Part shown: piece after piece, positions 41,060 to 50,032 of the stretch
Layout of the letters: each line of letters begins with the position of its first letter
Position numbering within the stretch: position 1 is the stretch's first letter
Origin: an uncultured Victivallaceae bacterium
GTDB lineage: Bacteria > Verrucomicrobiota > Lentisphaeria > Victivallales > Victivallaceae
Direction of reading: 5' to 3'
Assembly (NCBI GenBank): GCA_964392985.1
Contig: CAYMSF010000019.1
Span: 1,160-65,159, forward strand
Length of the DNA: 64,000 bases
Notes under the pieces: generated by a model
What the model was told of the DNA's origin: nothing
Seen by the model: the letters and a program-made list of their open reading frames with translations, nothing else
The model's database searches: none
Program-made: the position numbers and the translations under genes

Positions 41060-41338
41060 ATGAAAAGAATGTACAGATTATATCTCGTGCTGACTGCCGG
41101 GTGTTTGATTTTAATTGGCGGAGGCTGTGCGCTCGTCAATGAAGTTAAGGATTCCAATCGGCAATACGATGAAAAGCAGAAGGAAAAAAAGGCCAATCCG
41201 CAGGAAAAAAGTTTATTGCCTCCATCCATGGCGAATTATAATGATACCGAAAAACAGGAACTTGAGGCATTTTACAAACATACAGATCAGGAACGCAAGG
41301 CGATTAAAAAACAGGTTTATGGCGGACTTATGCCATAA
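41060..41338 (+). CDS. small lipoprotein
   Basis: MKRMYRLYLVLTAGCLILIGGGC lipobox-like N-terminus. Charged, Lys/Glu-rich remainder. Confidence 0.55.
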   Translation: MKRMYRLYLVLTAGCLILIGGGCALVNEVKDSNRQYDEKQKEKKANPQEKSLLPPSMANYNDTEKQELEAFYKHTDQERKAIKKQVYGGLMP

Positions 41339-41415
41339 CTGGAATAACAACAGAAACCTGTTAGTAATACTATAATATTTAAAGTTATTTTTAAAAACAT
41401 ATAGAAAGGGTTATC

Positions 41416-41949
41416 ATGTTAAGAAGAAAATTTACATTAATCGAATTGCTCACCGTAATTACGATTATCTCGCTTTTGGCGGCAATGTTACTGCCGGGTT
41501 TGAATAAAGCGAGAAAGTCCGCCCGGAGTACTGCCTGTAAAAATAATCTGCGTCAGATTGGCATTATGATTAAGAGCTATTTTGGTGATTATAAAACGAT
41601 GCCGGTGGCGGCAATGAAGCCGACGGTGAACGCTGATGATAAACCCATCCATGTCGTATTGAAGCCATATTACGAAAATCAAAAGGTTTTTTTCTGTACG
41701 GAAGATGTTTACAAGCAGTATAGCGATACCTACCCTGCACAAAATGGGAAAACTTTTTTTGAGTCGGAAGGCACCAGCTATGAATATGATTATCAGTCGA
41801 TGCGAGCCCGCGGATTACAGCATGCTGAGCGTTCTACCTCTGTAACCATGTGCGATTTTGAATGTTTTCATGCCAAACCGATGGCCAAAGGGGCGAAGAA
41901 CTATCTGTTTGGTGATGGTCATGTCGGTGATCCTTTGGACCAACTATAA
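41416..41949 (+). CDS. prepilin-type N-terminal cleavage/methylation domain protein (DUF1559-type pseudopilin)
   Basis: RKFTLIELLTVITIISLLAAMLLPGLNKARK. C-terminal NYLFGDGHV. Confidence 0.9.
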   Translation: MLRRKFTLIELLTVITIISLLAAMLLPGLNKARKSARSTACKNNLRQIGIMIKSYFGDYKTMPVAAMKPTVNADDKPIHVVLKPYYENQKVFFCTEDVYKQYSDTYPAQNGKTFFESEGTSYEYDYQSMRARGLQHAERSTSVTMCDFECFHAKPMAKGAKNYLFGDGHVGDPLDQL

Positions 41950-41974
41950 AATTTAATAAAACAGGGTAAATATC

Positions 41975-42676
41975 ATGGCAATCAGTGCAAACAGTAAAAA
42001 AATTCCTTTAAAGGGCGGGTTGGCTAAAAACAATAGTAAAAAGCCGGCAGTTAAACGCAATAAACTTATTTGGATTGGTATTCCGGCAACGTTGCTGGTG
42101 ATTGCATCAGTGGCTGGATCGGTTTACTGGTTGACCCGTCCAAGCTTGAAGGACGCACCGAAGAAGACTGAACCTAAACAGGTAGCGGCTTACCTTGCTT
42201 CCGACAAATTTAATCAATTGTCAATGGAAGACAAGAAAACCTATGTTTCACAAATATCGGACGGACAACCGCCGTGGCAAATTATGCGCCAATCAGCAGA
42301 ATTGCCCAAGGCAGACAGGGAAAAATTACATAGTAACATGGAGCCGGTCATGCATGCGGTAATGAAAGAACGACTGAATAATTTCTTTAAAATGTCGAAA
42401 GAAGATCAGCAAAAAGAACTGGAAAAAATGATGGCTCAAAGAAACCAGTACCGTGGTCAGGGGGGACAGCGACCGGCTCAACCGGCAGGAGGAACAGCAG
42501 TCGCAGCCAACAGTAATCCAGGTCAACCGCCGGCGGGTGGTGGCGGCGGTCGCGGCGGTGGTCGTTCTCCTGTACAACGCAAAGCCCGCTTTGAAACGGT
42601 TGATTCAAATACTCGTGCTCAAGGCGTTGAATTCCGGAAATTGATGATGCAACAGCGTCAACAACAGGGACGTTGA
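41975..42676 (+). CDS. membrane-anchored hypothetical protein with Gly/Gln/Arg-rich C-terminus
   Basis: One TM segment (LIWIGIPATLLVIASVAGSVYWL). Low-complexity GQGGQRPAQPAGG...PPAGGGGGRGGGRSP. Confidence 0.6.
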   Translation: MAISANSKKIPLKGGLAKNNSKKPAVKRNKLIWIGIPATLLVIASVAGSVYWLTRPSLKDAPKKTEPKQVAAYLASDKFNQLSMEDKKTYVSQISDGQPPWQIMRQSAELPKADREKLHSNMEPVMHAVMKERLNNFFKMSKEDQQKELEKMMAQRNQYRGQGGQRPAQPAGGTAVAANSNPGQPPAGGGGGRGGGRSPVQRKARFETVDSNTRAQGVEFRKLMMQQRQQQGR

Positions 42677-42684
42677 TTAAGTGT

Positions 42685-45600
42685 TTACTGTTGTTCATTC
42701 AGTAATTTATAAACCCTGAACAATTCCGTAACTCCCCACGCCTGAGCGCCACAACCGCGCCAATGATGGGGATAGTCACCATCCATTATTTCAGGGGTAT
42801 GGCCCGGCACGCCACAGTTAACTTGCTCCGTCGCCGACATTAAAATAGCGGCAGCGCGTTTCCGGCAGGATTCCCCGCCAGTTATAAATAAAGCTTCACA
42901 ATATGAGGGGAATGGCCATGACCAGGCCGTGCCGTTGTGATATGCCGGTTTTCTTCTGGTATCTTCATCGCCGAGATAGTGCCCCCAGTAGGGGTGAACC
43001 GGATCATTCAGTAAGACGTTATTAAAGTAAACCGGGAGCGGATACTTTACCGGCAATGCTGCCAGAGAACGGATCCCGCCGGGAATGAGCAATTGTTCAC
43101 AATCCCGTAATATTTCAATCATAATTTTCTCGCCGGTTACGAGTCCCAGAGTTATTGCAAACAACTGGTTGCAACGACAGGCATCGTCAGCAACTGCCTC
43201 CAGCGCAGAAATTCCTGGTTTGGCATGAAGACAATCACTCATCCGCTTTAATTCATGCAGATAAAATAGCTGTTGTACACTATTTTTCACCTGTTTAGCC
43301 AGTTCTGCGAATTCATGGTTGCCGGTGATTTTGCTCATAAACCGGAGCGCGGCAAACCAGAGCGCCTGAATTTCAATGGGATAACCTTCACGGGGTGAAC
43401 CTGCCGGGAAGTTGGTATCCATCCACGTATAATGTCCGGGACTGAAAATCAAACCGGTTTTTGGGTCCATTGCGATGCCATTCGGAGTACCGGAACGGTA
43501 ATGTTTGATGATAGACTCGAGCACTTGACGCAAGTCACGGCCTCCGCAATTTTCATCGAGAATTGATTTTCCTGCGACATGCACATAGTCGGCAACGGCG
43601 GTGAAAAACCATAATGGCGCGTCACTCGTATCCCGGTTGGAATTATCACTTCCTCTAATCATGTTCGGCAAAGTGCCGTGGCGTTCAAATTTTGCAAACT
43701 GGTGAATTATTTCGCGAGATTCCTGCATGAATCCGGCGGCAATCATGCCGCGCAGACAAATAAAGGTGTCGCGCCCCCAATCAAGAAACCAGGGATAACC
43801 GGCAATGACGGTACGGGAATCGTCACGCTTGACGATAAAATGACGGATTGCTGCCCGCAGCGTAGTTTCCGGCGCCAGACGTTGTGGAACCTCCGGTAAG
43901 GGTTGCTCTGTGAAAGTTGCCGGACAATTTATCCCGGCGGCGAGAATAACTTTACCGTCGCCTTCGAGTTCTGCGCTGAAAAATCCCGGACTGAATAAAT
44001 CGGTATGACATTCCATGCCGCGTTCAGATTCCATCGGCAGATATTCCATATAATGCCATTCGTGTTGTTCTGCAAAACAGCCGGGGGAAATGGTTAACGC
44101 CAGATTTCGTTTTTTTGACGGATTGAAATCAAAGCCGTCTTTTCTGGCAAAAACGGCAGCGCGGAAAGCATTCTCGGGACCGGAAATAGCCTTGGTAACT
44201 TCGTGTACACTGCGGTCTTCAATATCGGGCCGGAGAATTATTTTTACCGGTTCAGCGTCAACCAGTGCTGTCGTTCCGTCATCCGCGGCAGGAAGCCGGT
44301 GAAAGATGAGCTGAATAAGATTTTTGTCTTCTGACATTTGCAGTGTCATTTGCAATTTAATAGTTTTCCCCTGTCCCACCGGAACGGAAAAGAGCCATTG
44401 TGATTCATTGTTGATGCCGGAGATAAATTCTTGTGTACATAACTGATTAATTTCCTGCGAATAGTCACGATAAACAACCCAGCCGCGACAGCGTGAAAAC
44501 ATAACCTGGCGATCGACGGGAAATGACGGGTTACAATTACCTGCCAGTATGGCATCATATTTACTGTTAAGAATGCCCCATGCCCCGCAGATTTGACTCA
44601 TTCCGCCAAGGTCATTGGTGCATAATGAATAAAGCAACTTCCGTCTGGTTTCAATACCGGTAAACGATGCATTGAAACTGGTATCGCCGGAGGCTGCCAG
44701 AAGTAGTAACGGGGCGGTTGAACGTTTTGTTTTACCTGGAGCATAACTGATAAACAGCAAATCCATTGCCAGATGCTTTTCCGGTGTTTCGGCAAAAAAT
44801 GCAATGGCAAAATGTCTGCCGTCTTTAAGGGGAAAGCTTTCCATGGTGCTTCTGGTCATACTGTCCAGTTTAATTTCAGCGCGGAAAGGATGTTGTGACC
44901 ACAGAATCAGGTTATGGTTCGGGGGAATCATCACCTGCCGGTTCTGGTCGATGCCGTCATGCCAATTTACTACTGGAGGCAAATCCGTCGCGAAAATTTC
45001 TTCGCAGGCGGTTAATGGAGATTTTGCCAGCAATAGCGCCAAACGTTTTACCTCATCATTCTCTTCAATCAGCGGTTGTGAACTGCCGGTAGTTGCCAGT
45101 AATTTTAAAGCAAGATGGCGGAATCTCTGTTCAATTATTTTTGCGGCCGGTAATAATTTGGCATTTACAGCTTTGTTCAGTTCATTTAAATCCTCAGTCC
45201 GGGATGAAAGGCAGTAAACTTGACCCGGGGGTAAATGGCAATAAAGGTTTTCTCCACGGTCTTCACAGAAAATTTCACCTTCGCTAAGCAGGTCGATAAA
45301 TCCTCCGGGCGGAACATCGAACAATTTTTTCTTCCAGAAAATACCGTTGGCATTGTGTTCATCCAGATTGACAAGAATAAGTAATGTCCGGTTGTGTTCA
45401 GCGGCGTGTCTCAACAGTGCCAGATTATTTCCTGATCCCGCTTGAATCAGTTCCAGTGTCGCGCCGGCAAAAAATACTGGATGGATTGTGAGGATTGTCT
45501 GCAGGCGGCGAATAAGTTCAACCTGATTTTCCGTCGCGTTCCAGTTCAAAGGTGTGGCACCGTGGACATCAACTTTTGCCGTGGCAAACCATTCCACGCC

Positions 45601-46944
45601 ATTGGTAATACCAAAACCACCGTTTTGTGAGAACAACGCACACATTGCGGTGCGCATACCGGCATATTTAATGTTTCTGGCAGCCAGACGGCTGTTATCA
45701 TGAGTTTCGGCGAAGTGAACTTGTAACCCCTTGCGGTATCCGGTCCGGATTGTTCCCGGCAGATAGTTTTCAATCTGACTCCGGTCATAGTTTTGGAACA
45801 ACTCTGAATACGCCCAATTCAGCCCGGCATCAACCAGCAGATGTTCCGTTACTGAAACCAGCCCGCCCAGCCCTTCAAGCAGAAAAATGGTTTCAGGATA
45901 TTCCCGGCGTACTTTGGCGACGATATATTCCCAGGCTTCGTATGGCAGCATATAACCGGCATCACAGCGGAAACCGTCAACCCCGTGGCGGCACCAGAAG
46001 AGGAAAACATCAGCCATCAAGGCATGAACTTCGGCATTTTTATAATTGAGTTTGCACAAATCCTCCCATGTAACGCCCCAGGCTCCCGGACTTACAAAGG
46101 TACCGTCATCCCGTCGGACAAACCATTCCGGATGCTCTATCTGTTCGCGCGAAGCCCAGCCGGTATGATTGACGGGAATGTCAATAAATAACCTGGCATC
46201 ATGCGAGTGGATGGCATCAACTAATTCAATGAATTGTTCCAGCGGGGTTGCCTTAGGGTCAAATTCAGCGTAAGCCGGATTGACATTAAAGAAATCCAGC
46301 GCTGCGAAAGGACTGCCGAACCGTCCCATTCTTCCGTATGTTGTCGGCTCAGGATGTATCGGCAGCAACTGAATTATCCGGCTGCGCAAAGTGTTCGTAA
46401 TGAAATCCAGATGACGGGTGACAGCGCGAAAAGTGCCGGATGGCGGAATTACCGTATAGCCGGCCTGGTCCAGTTCAGCGAGATTCGTGGAATTCAAAAA
46501 TGAATCAGTTTTGTTTTCCAATTGCGGACCGAATTGACGGACGAATGCGGTATAGATGGTGTTGGCACAGACTCCGGATGACGGTTCCACTTTAATTTTG
46601 GTGTTTTCGCCTTCCACCCACAAGGGAGTGTTGGAGCCTTTTGGCAGATACCAGGCTTTTGCTGCAAAACAACCGACCTCAACTAAAGGCAGAGTAAGCC
46701 GGAAATGACCGGGATTTATCTGGTGCATCGGCAAATCATGCCAATCGCGGGCCAGAACCGGCTCGTCATTTTCGGTATGTCCGATAATTTCGTCCCGCCT
46801 TACTGCCGCATAACCGATATTGGTCCGCAAAAATGCCATTCCTCCGGCGTGCAAACCGGTTTCCAGCTCAAACTTGAGGCAATCTCCACAATAACGCAAA
46901 ATTTCTAAACTTGATTCCGGTGTCTGTTTCAATTCTATTTCCAA
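42685..46944 (-). CDS. glycogen debranching enzyme-like fusion: GH13 alpha-amylase-family domain + amylo-alpha-1,6-glucosidase (GH133/GDE_C) domain
   Basis: GH13 regions I-IV: FIDIPVNHTG, VDGFRCDAGYM, FLLEGLG, FAETHDN. C-terminal GDE_C: GYPWFLDWGRDTFICLRG, YTWMD, YPIEIQALWF, YHNGTAWSWPF. One uninterrupted 1419-aa ORF. Confidence 0.85.
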   Translation of the reverse strand: MEIELKQTPESSLEILRYCGDCLKFELETGLHAGGMAFLRTNIGYAAVRRDEIIGHTENDEPVLARDWHDLPMHQINPGHFRLTLPLVEVGCFAAKAWYLPKGSNTPLWVEGENTKIKVEPSSGVCANTIYTAFVRQFGPQLENKTDSFLNSTNLAELDQAGYTVIPPSGTFRAVTRHLDFITNTLRSRIIQLLPIHPEPTTYGRMGRFGSPFAALDFFNVNPAYAEFDPKATPLEQFIELVDAIHSHDARLFIDIPVNHTGWASREQIEHPEWFVRRDDGTFVSPGAWGVTWEDLCKLNYKNAEVHALMADVFLFWCRHGVDGFRCDAGYMLPYEAWEYIVAKVRREYPETIFLLEGLGGLVSVTEHLLVDAGLNWAYSELFQNYDRSQIENYLPGTIRTGYRKGLQVHFAETHDNSRLAARNIKYAGMRTAMCALFSQNGGFGITNGVEWFATAKVDVHGATPLNWNATENQVELIRRLQTILTIHPVFFAGATLELIQAGSGNNLALLRHAAEHNRTLLILVNLDEHNANGIFWKKKLFDVPPGGFIDLLSEGEIFCEDRGENLYCHLPPGQVYCLSSRTEDLNELNKAVNAKLLPAAKIIEQRFRHLALKLLATTGSSQPLIEENDEVKRLALLLAKSPLTACEEIFATDLPPVVNWHDGIDQNRQVMIPPNHNLILWSQHPFRAEIKLDSMTRSTMESFPLKDGRHFAIAFFAETPEKHLAMDLLFISYAPGKTKRSTAPLLLLAASGDTSFNASFTGIETRRKLLYSLCTNDLGGMSQICGAWGILNSKYDAILAGNCNPSFPVDRQVMFSRCRGWVVYRDYSQEINQLCTQEFISGINNESQWLFSVPVGQGKTIKLQMTLQMSEDKNLIQLIFHRLPAADDGTTALVDAEPVKIILRPDIEDRSVHEVTKAISGPENAFRAAVFARKDGFDFNPSKKRNLALTISPGCFAEQHEWHYMEYLPMESERGMECHTDLFSPGFFSAELEGDGKVILAAGINCPATFTEQPLPEVPQRLAPETTLRAAIRHFIVKRDDSRTVIAGYPWFLDWGRDTFICLRGMIAAGFMQESREIIHQFAKFERHGTLPNMIRGSDNSNRDTSDAPLWFFTAVADYVHVAGKSILDENCGGRDLRQVLESIIKHYRSGTPNGIAMDPKTGLIFSPGHYTWMDTNFPAGSPREGYPIEIQALWFAALRFMSKITGNHEFAELAKQVKNSVQQLFYLHELKRMSDCLHAKPGISALEAVADDACRCNQLFAITLGLVTGEKIMIEILRDCEQLLIPGGIRSLAALPVKYPLPVYFNNVLLNDPVHPYWGHYLGDEDTRRKPAYHNGTAWSWPFPSYCEALFITGGESCRKRAAAILMSATEQVNCGVPGHTPEIMDGDYPHHWRGCGAQAWGVTELFRVYKLLNEQQ

Positions 46945-47061
46945 TTTAAAAAATATTTATATCAAACTAAAAAAGTGTCATCTTGAAAATTATCGCAATA
47001 TTTCTAATATTCAAACTGTATGTCCGGCAACATTACGGCAATAATTGTCTATTTTTATACT

Positions 47062-48816
47062 CTATAAATGCGGCAACTCTGCCGGTAGAGTTGCCGCCCA
47101 CTTGGGGATACCGCGTCCGCGCAATTTTTTGACTGTTTTTCTGTGATGTTCAATTATCCATTCCCGTTCATGTTTTAAACCCGGATCACGATATGGCACT
47201 CCTGCCGTTGATTGCATAATGATATTCATCTCTTTTGTCGACAGTTGCGGAACATTGAGCATTTCTGTCCTGGTCGCACAAGTACCGCCGCGTTTTCTGC
47301 CGAATGGAGTTATTTCCGAGCAGAAAAACTGATTTTTGAGTAATGCGCCCCGGACAGGATAGGCACTGCTGTAAGTTAAAAGCATTCCCTGCGGTTTCAT
47401 TAAGGACTTTAACAGCCTGAAAAAGTCGAAAGTCCAAAGTTCAGGATTCACTTCTGCAGAAAATGCGTCCAGGAAAATCAGGTCAAACTGTCCACCTGAT
47501 GCGGTCGTAGCGGTTATTCTGGCATCGCCGGCAATCAAAGAGAGGTCTACATATTCATGCCGCCATATCTTTTTCTCATATAATTGCTGCAGTATCTCCC
47601 GTTCCATCGGGTCGATGCCATCGAGCGCTGCTGCAGCTTTAAGGACACGCAAATCATTTTCCAGCGCAACGATTGACAATTTTCCTGTGGCCTGTTCGAT
47701 TGCGGCGCGTACCGCGGCAAAACTGTTATAGCCAAGCCCGTAACCGACATCCAGCAACCGGATATTTTCGCCATTTTTTAACCTTTCAGCCAGTCGGGAA
47801 GGTTTTACAAACTTTAATTCGGCTTCTGAAACCGCGCCGGCGATAGAGTGGAAGTGCTGCCGGTATGCTGGATGATAAAGCGTCTTTGAACCGTCTGCGG
47901 TAACAACTCCGGTCAGTCCGGATTCAGTGTTTTGCATTTTGTCAATGATGAGTTGAATAACCTGACTTTTCTTCATCCACCATTTGGGTGCGATAAGTTC
48001 ATTAGCGTCAGCATCGGCAACCAGACGCATAATGACCCAGTCCCCGGGCAGTTGGCGCAGAAAAGCAACTGCGGCATCAGCATATTCATATTCATTCAGC
48101 GTTACCAGCCATTTCTCTCCTTGTTGAGCGTATAATTTTGCCAGCTCCGTATTTTTTAAAACCTGGAGTTGATGAAGTTTAATTCCGCTAAATGGCAAAT
48201 CAGCGACCCTTGCTGCAGTTTGTGCAAAATCAACCGGAGTTTCCCCGGGCAAACCGAGAATAAGGTGCGCCGCCACCGGAATCTGGCGTTCCGCCAGTTG
48301 GCGTACTACTTTTTCAACGGCTCCAAAATCATGGCCTCGCTTGATTAGTTTTAAGGTTTCATCATTTGCAGTTTGAACACCGAGTTCAATCCACACTTCA
48401 TATCTGGAGCGATACGACTCAAGTAAAGTTTGCACCTCATCGTTCAGGCAATCCGGCCTGGTTGAGATAATCATCATTTTAAAGTCCGCCAGTCCCAGAA
48501 CTTCATCATAATAACGTTGCAGCATTTTCACCGGAGCATAAGTATTGGTAAATGACTGAAAGTAGGCAATATAGGGCGGTCTTGCGTCATAACGTTCGCG
48601 GAGATATCGTTTGCCCGATTCAACCTGATCGGTGAGATTCAAGTTGTACTGCAAATGTTTTGCGCGGTTGCCGTCCTCCGCGCAATAAATACAGCCATTG
48701 CCAAAACGTTGTTCCCGGTTCGGGCATCCCAGCGGCAGATCTATCGCGATGCGTTGCAACTGCTGCCCATAACGTTTCTGTAAATAATCTTTGAAGAAAA
48801 AGAGTTTGTTCATCAT
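47062..48816 (-). CDS. fusion of TIGR01212-family radical SAM protein (YhcC/YtqA-like) and MnmC-type (MnmD/DUF752) SAM-dependent methyltransferase
   Basis: N-terminus: LPLGCPNREQRFGNGCIYC...SFTNTYAP...ISTRPDC...WIELGVQT. C-terminus: DGSKTLYHPAYRQHFHSIAGA...IRLLDVGYGLGYNSFA...FDLIFLDAFSAEVNPELWTFDFF...GMLLTYSSAYPVRGALL. Confidence 0.8.
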   Translation of the reverse strand: MMNKLFFFKDYLQKRYGQQLQRIAIDLPLGCPNREQRFGNGCIYCAEDGNRAKHLQYNLNLTDQVESGKRYLRERYDARPPYIAYFQSFTNTYAPVKMLQRYYDEVLGLADFKMMIISTRPDCLNDEVQTLLESYRSRYEVWIELGVQTANDETLKLIKRGHDFGAVEKVVRQLAERQIPVAAHLILGLPGETPVDFAQTAARVADLPFSGIKLHQLQVLKNTELAKLYAQQGEKWLVTLNEYEYADAAVAFLRQLPGDWVIMRLVADADANELIAPKWWMKKSQVIQLIIDKMQNTESGLTGVVTADGSKTLYHPAYRQHFHSIAGAVSEAELKFVKPSRLAERLKNGENIRLLDVGYGLGYNSFAAVRAAIEQATGKLSIVALENDLRVLKAAAALDGIDPMEREILQQLYEKKIWRHEYVDLSLIAGDARITATTASGGQFDLIFLDAFSAEVNPELWTFDFFRLLKSLMKPQGMLLTYSSAYPVRGALLKNQFFCSEITPFGRKRGGTCATRTEMLNVPQLSTKEMNIIMQSTAGVPYRDPGLKHEREWIIEHHRKTVKKLRGRGIPKWAATLPAELPHL

Positions 48817-49091
48817 AAAACCGGGTTAGGAAAAAGTTGAAACTTCGTGATAATAAATATTTTTTAACAGTGCCATTTCAGTTAGCATCCGCTGCGGGAT
48901 TAAATTTTGGAATGACACCTTGCCTCCTGTGATAAATTATTTCAGTTTGCGCAATAATTTTTGTTGTCAAATAATTTAGTCTATAGCCGATAAAATTCAA
49001 ACCCCCACCATCAACCGCTTGGTTTATACCCTATAATGTTGAAAAATGTTGAAAAATTAACAAAAAAACTTACATATCTAATATTTATCTA

Positions 49092-49119
49092 TTGACAAAT
49101 AGCGACAATAGATTATAAT
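49092..49119 (+). promoter_or_regulatory. sigma-70-type promoter for the IclR gene
   Basis: TTGACA (49092-49097), 16-nt spacer, TATAAT (49114-49119). Confidence 0.6.
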
Positions 49120-49127
49120 TATAGTTA

Positions 49128-49150
49128 CAAATTCTAATATATAGAATTTG
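49128..49150 (+). promoter_or_regulatory. 23-bp perfect palindrome, candidate IclR operator
   Basis: CAAATTCTA-ATATA-TAGAATTTG starts 9 nt after the -10 hexamer, overlapping the predicted transcription start. Confidence 0.55.
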
Positions 49151-49187
49151 CATTTGCGATTTTAAGGTTTTTGAATAATAATAAGCG

Positions 49188-49952
49188 ATGAATAACACAC
49201 TGCAAAATGGATTTATGCTGCTGGAGCATCTGGCGGCAACTGCGGATGAATGTTCAGTCAAAGAGTTGGCGGAACATTTCAAATTGCCGAACAGTCATGT
49301 GTGCCGGTTATTGAAGACGCTGACAGAGTCGGGTTATTTGCAACAAACGCCAGGTTCACGCAAATACCGGATCAGTTTAAAGATTTTTTGTCTTTCCAAT
49401 GCGCGGTTGCGGAAGCTTACGTTACGGCAAAAGGCTCACGGATATTTGCAGAAACTGGCGGCAAAAACCGAAACACAAGTATATTTAAGCGCACCGTTCA
49501 ATGGTTTGTCAATAGTTATTGATACTTTTTTTCCAGTGGCATGCGCAGATGATGCCGGGTTGGCGATTGGGCAGGTACATCCGGTAAATCGCAGCGCCTG
49601 CGGAAAAGTCTGTGCGGCCTATGTGCAAGATGACCAGATTGATGCTTTTCTTGCCGGAGTTGACTGGAGCGCCAGAACAACTCATACCATCACTTCGCCG
49701 GAACAATTCAAACTGGAACTGGCGAAAGTGAGGCGGGAAAAAATTGCCACGGTAGCGGCGGAAACCGAATTAGGAGTGGGGGCAGTCGGCGCGCCGATTT
49801 TCAACGCGGCGGGGGAACTTGCCGGAGCGATTGGCGCGGTATTGCCGGTAAGATCTTCCTGGCCGGTTGAACTTTGGGATAAGTTTAAAACTGAAACCCG
49901 GTCAATTGCGGCATCAATTTCGCTTGCGCTCGGATATGAGATGAAATATTGA
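49188..49952 (+). CDS. IclR family transcriptional regulator
   Basis: Winged HTH (VKELAEHFKLPNSHVCRLLKTLTESGYLQQ) plus an IclR effector domain (ELGVGAVGAPIFNAAGELAGAIG). Confidence 0.9.
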   Translation: MNNTLQNGFMLLEHLAATADECSVKELAEHFKLPNSHVCRLLKTLTESGYLQQTPGSRKYRISLKIFCLSNARLRKLTLRQKAHGYLQKLAAKTETQVYLSAPFNGLSIVIDTFFPVACADDAGLAIGQVHPVNRSACGKVCAAYVQDDQIDAFLAGVDWSARTTHTITSPEQFKLELAKVRREKIATVAAETELGVGAVGAPIFNAAGELAGAIGAVLPVRSSWPVELWDKFKTETRSIAASISLALGYEMKY

Positions 49953-50032
49953 TTTTTTATAAATTTGGAATGTTTTATCGTTTTTAAATATAATGTCCCA
50001 AAATGTAAAAACTTAACAAAGGAGTTTTACAG

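Noticed and set aside
47072-47095. Perfect 9-bp hairpin GGCAACTCT/AGAGTTGCC at the 3' end of the rSAM-MnmD gene as a terminator
   Set aside because: It lies inside the last codons of the CDS, and on the minus strand no U-run follows it. The GDE-like gene 117 nt downstream may be co-transcribed.
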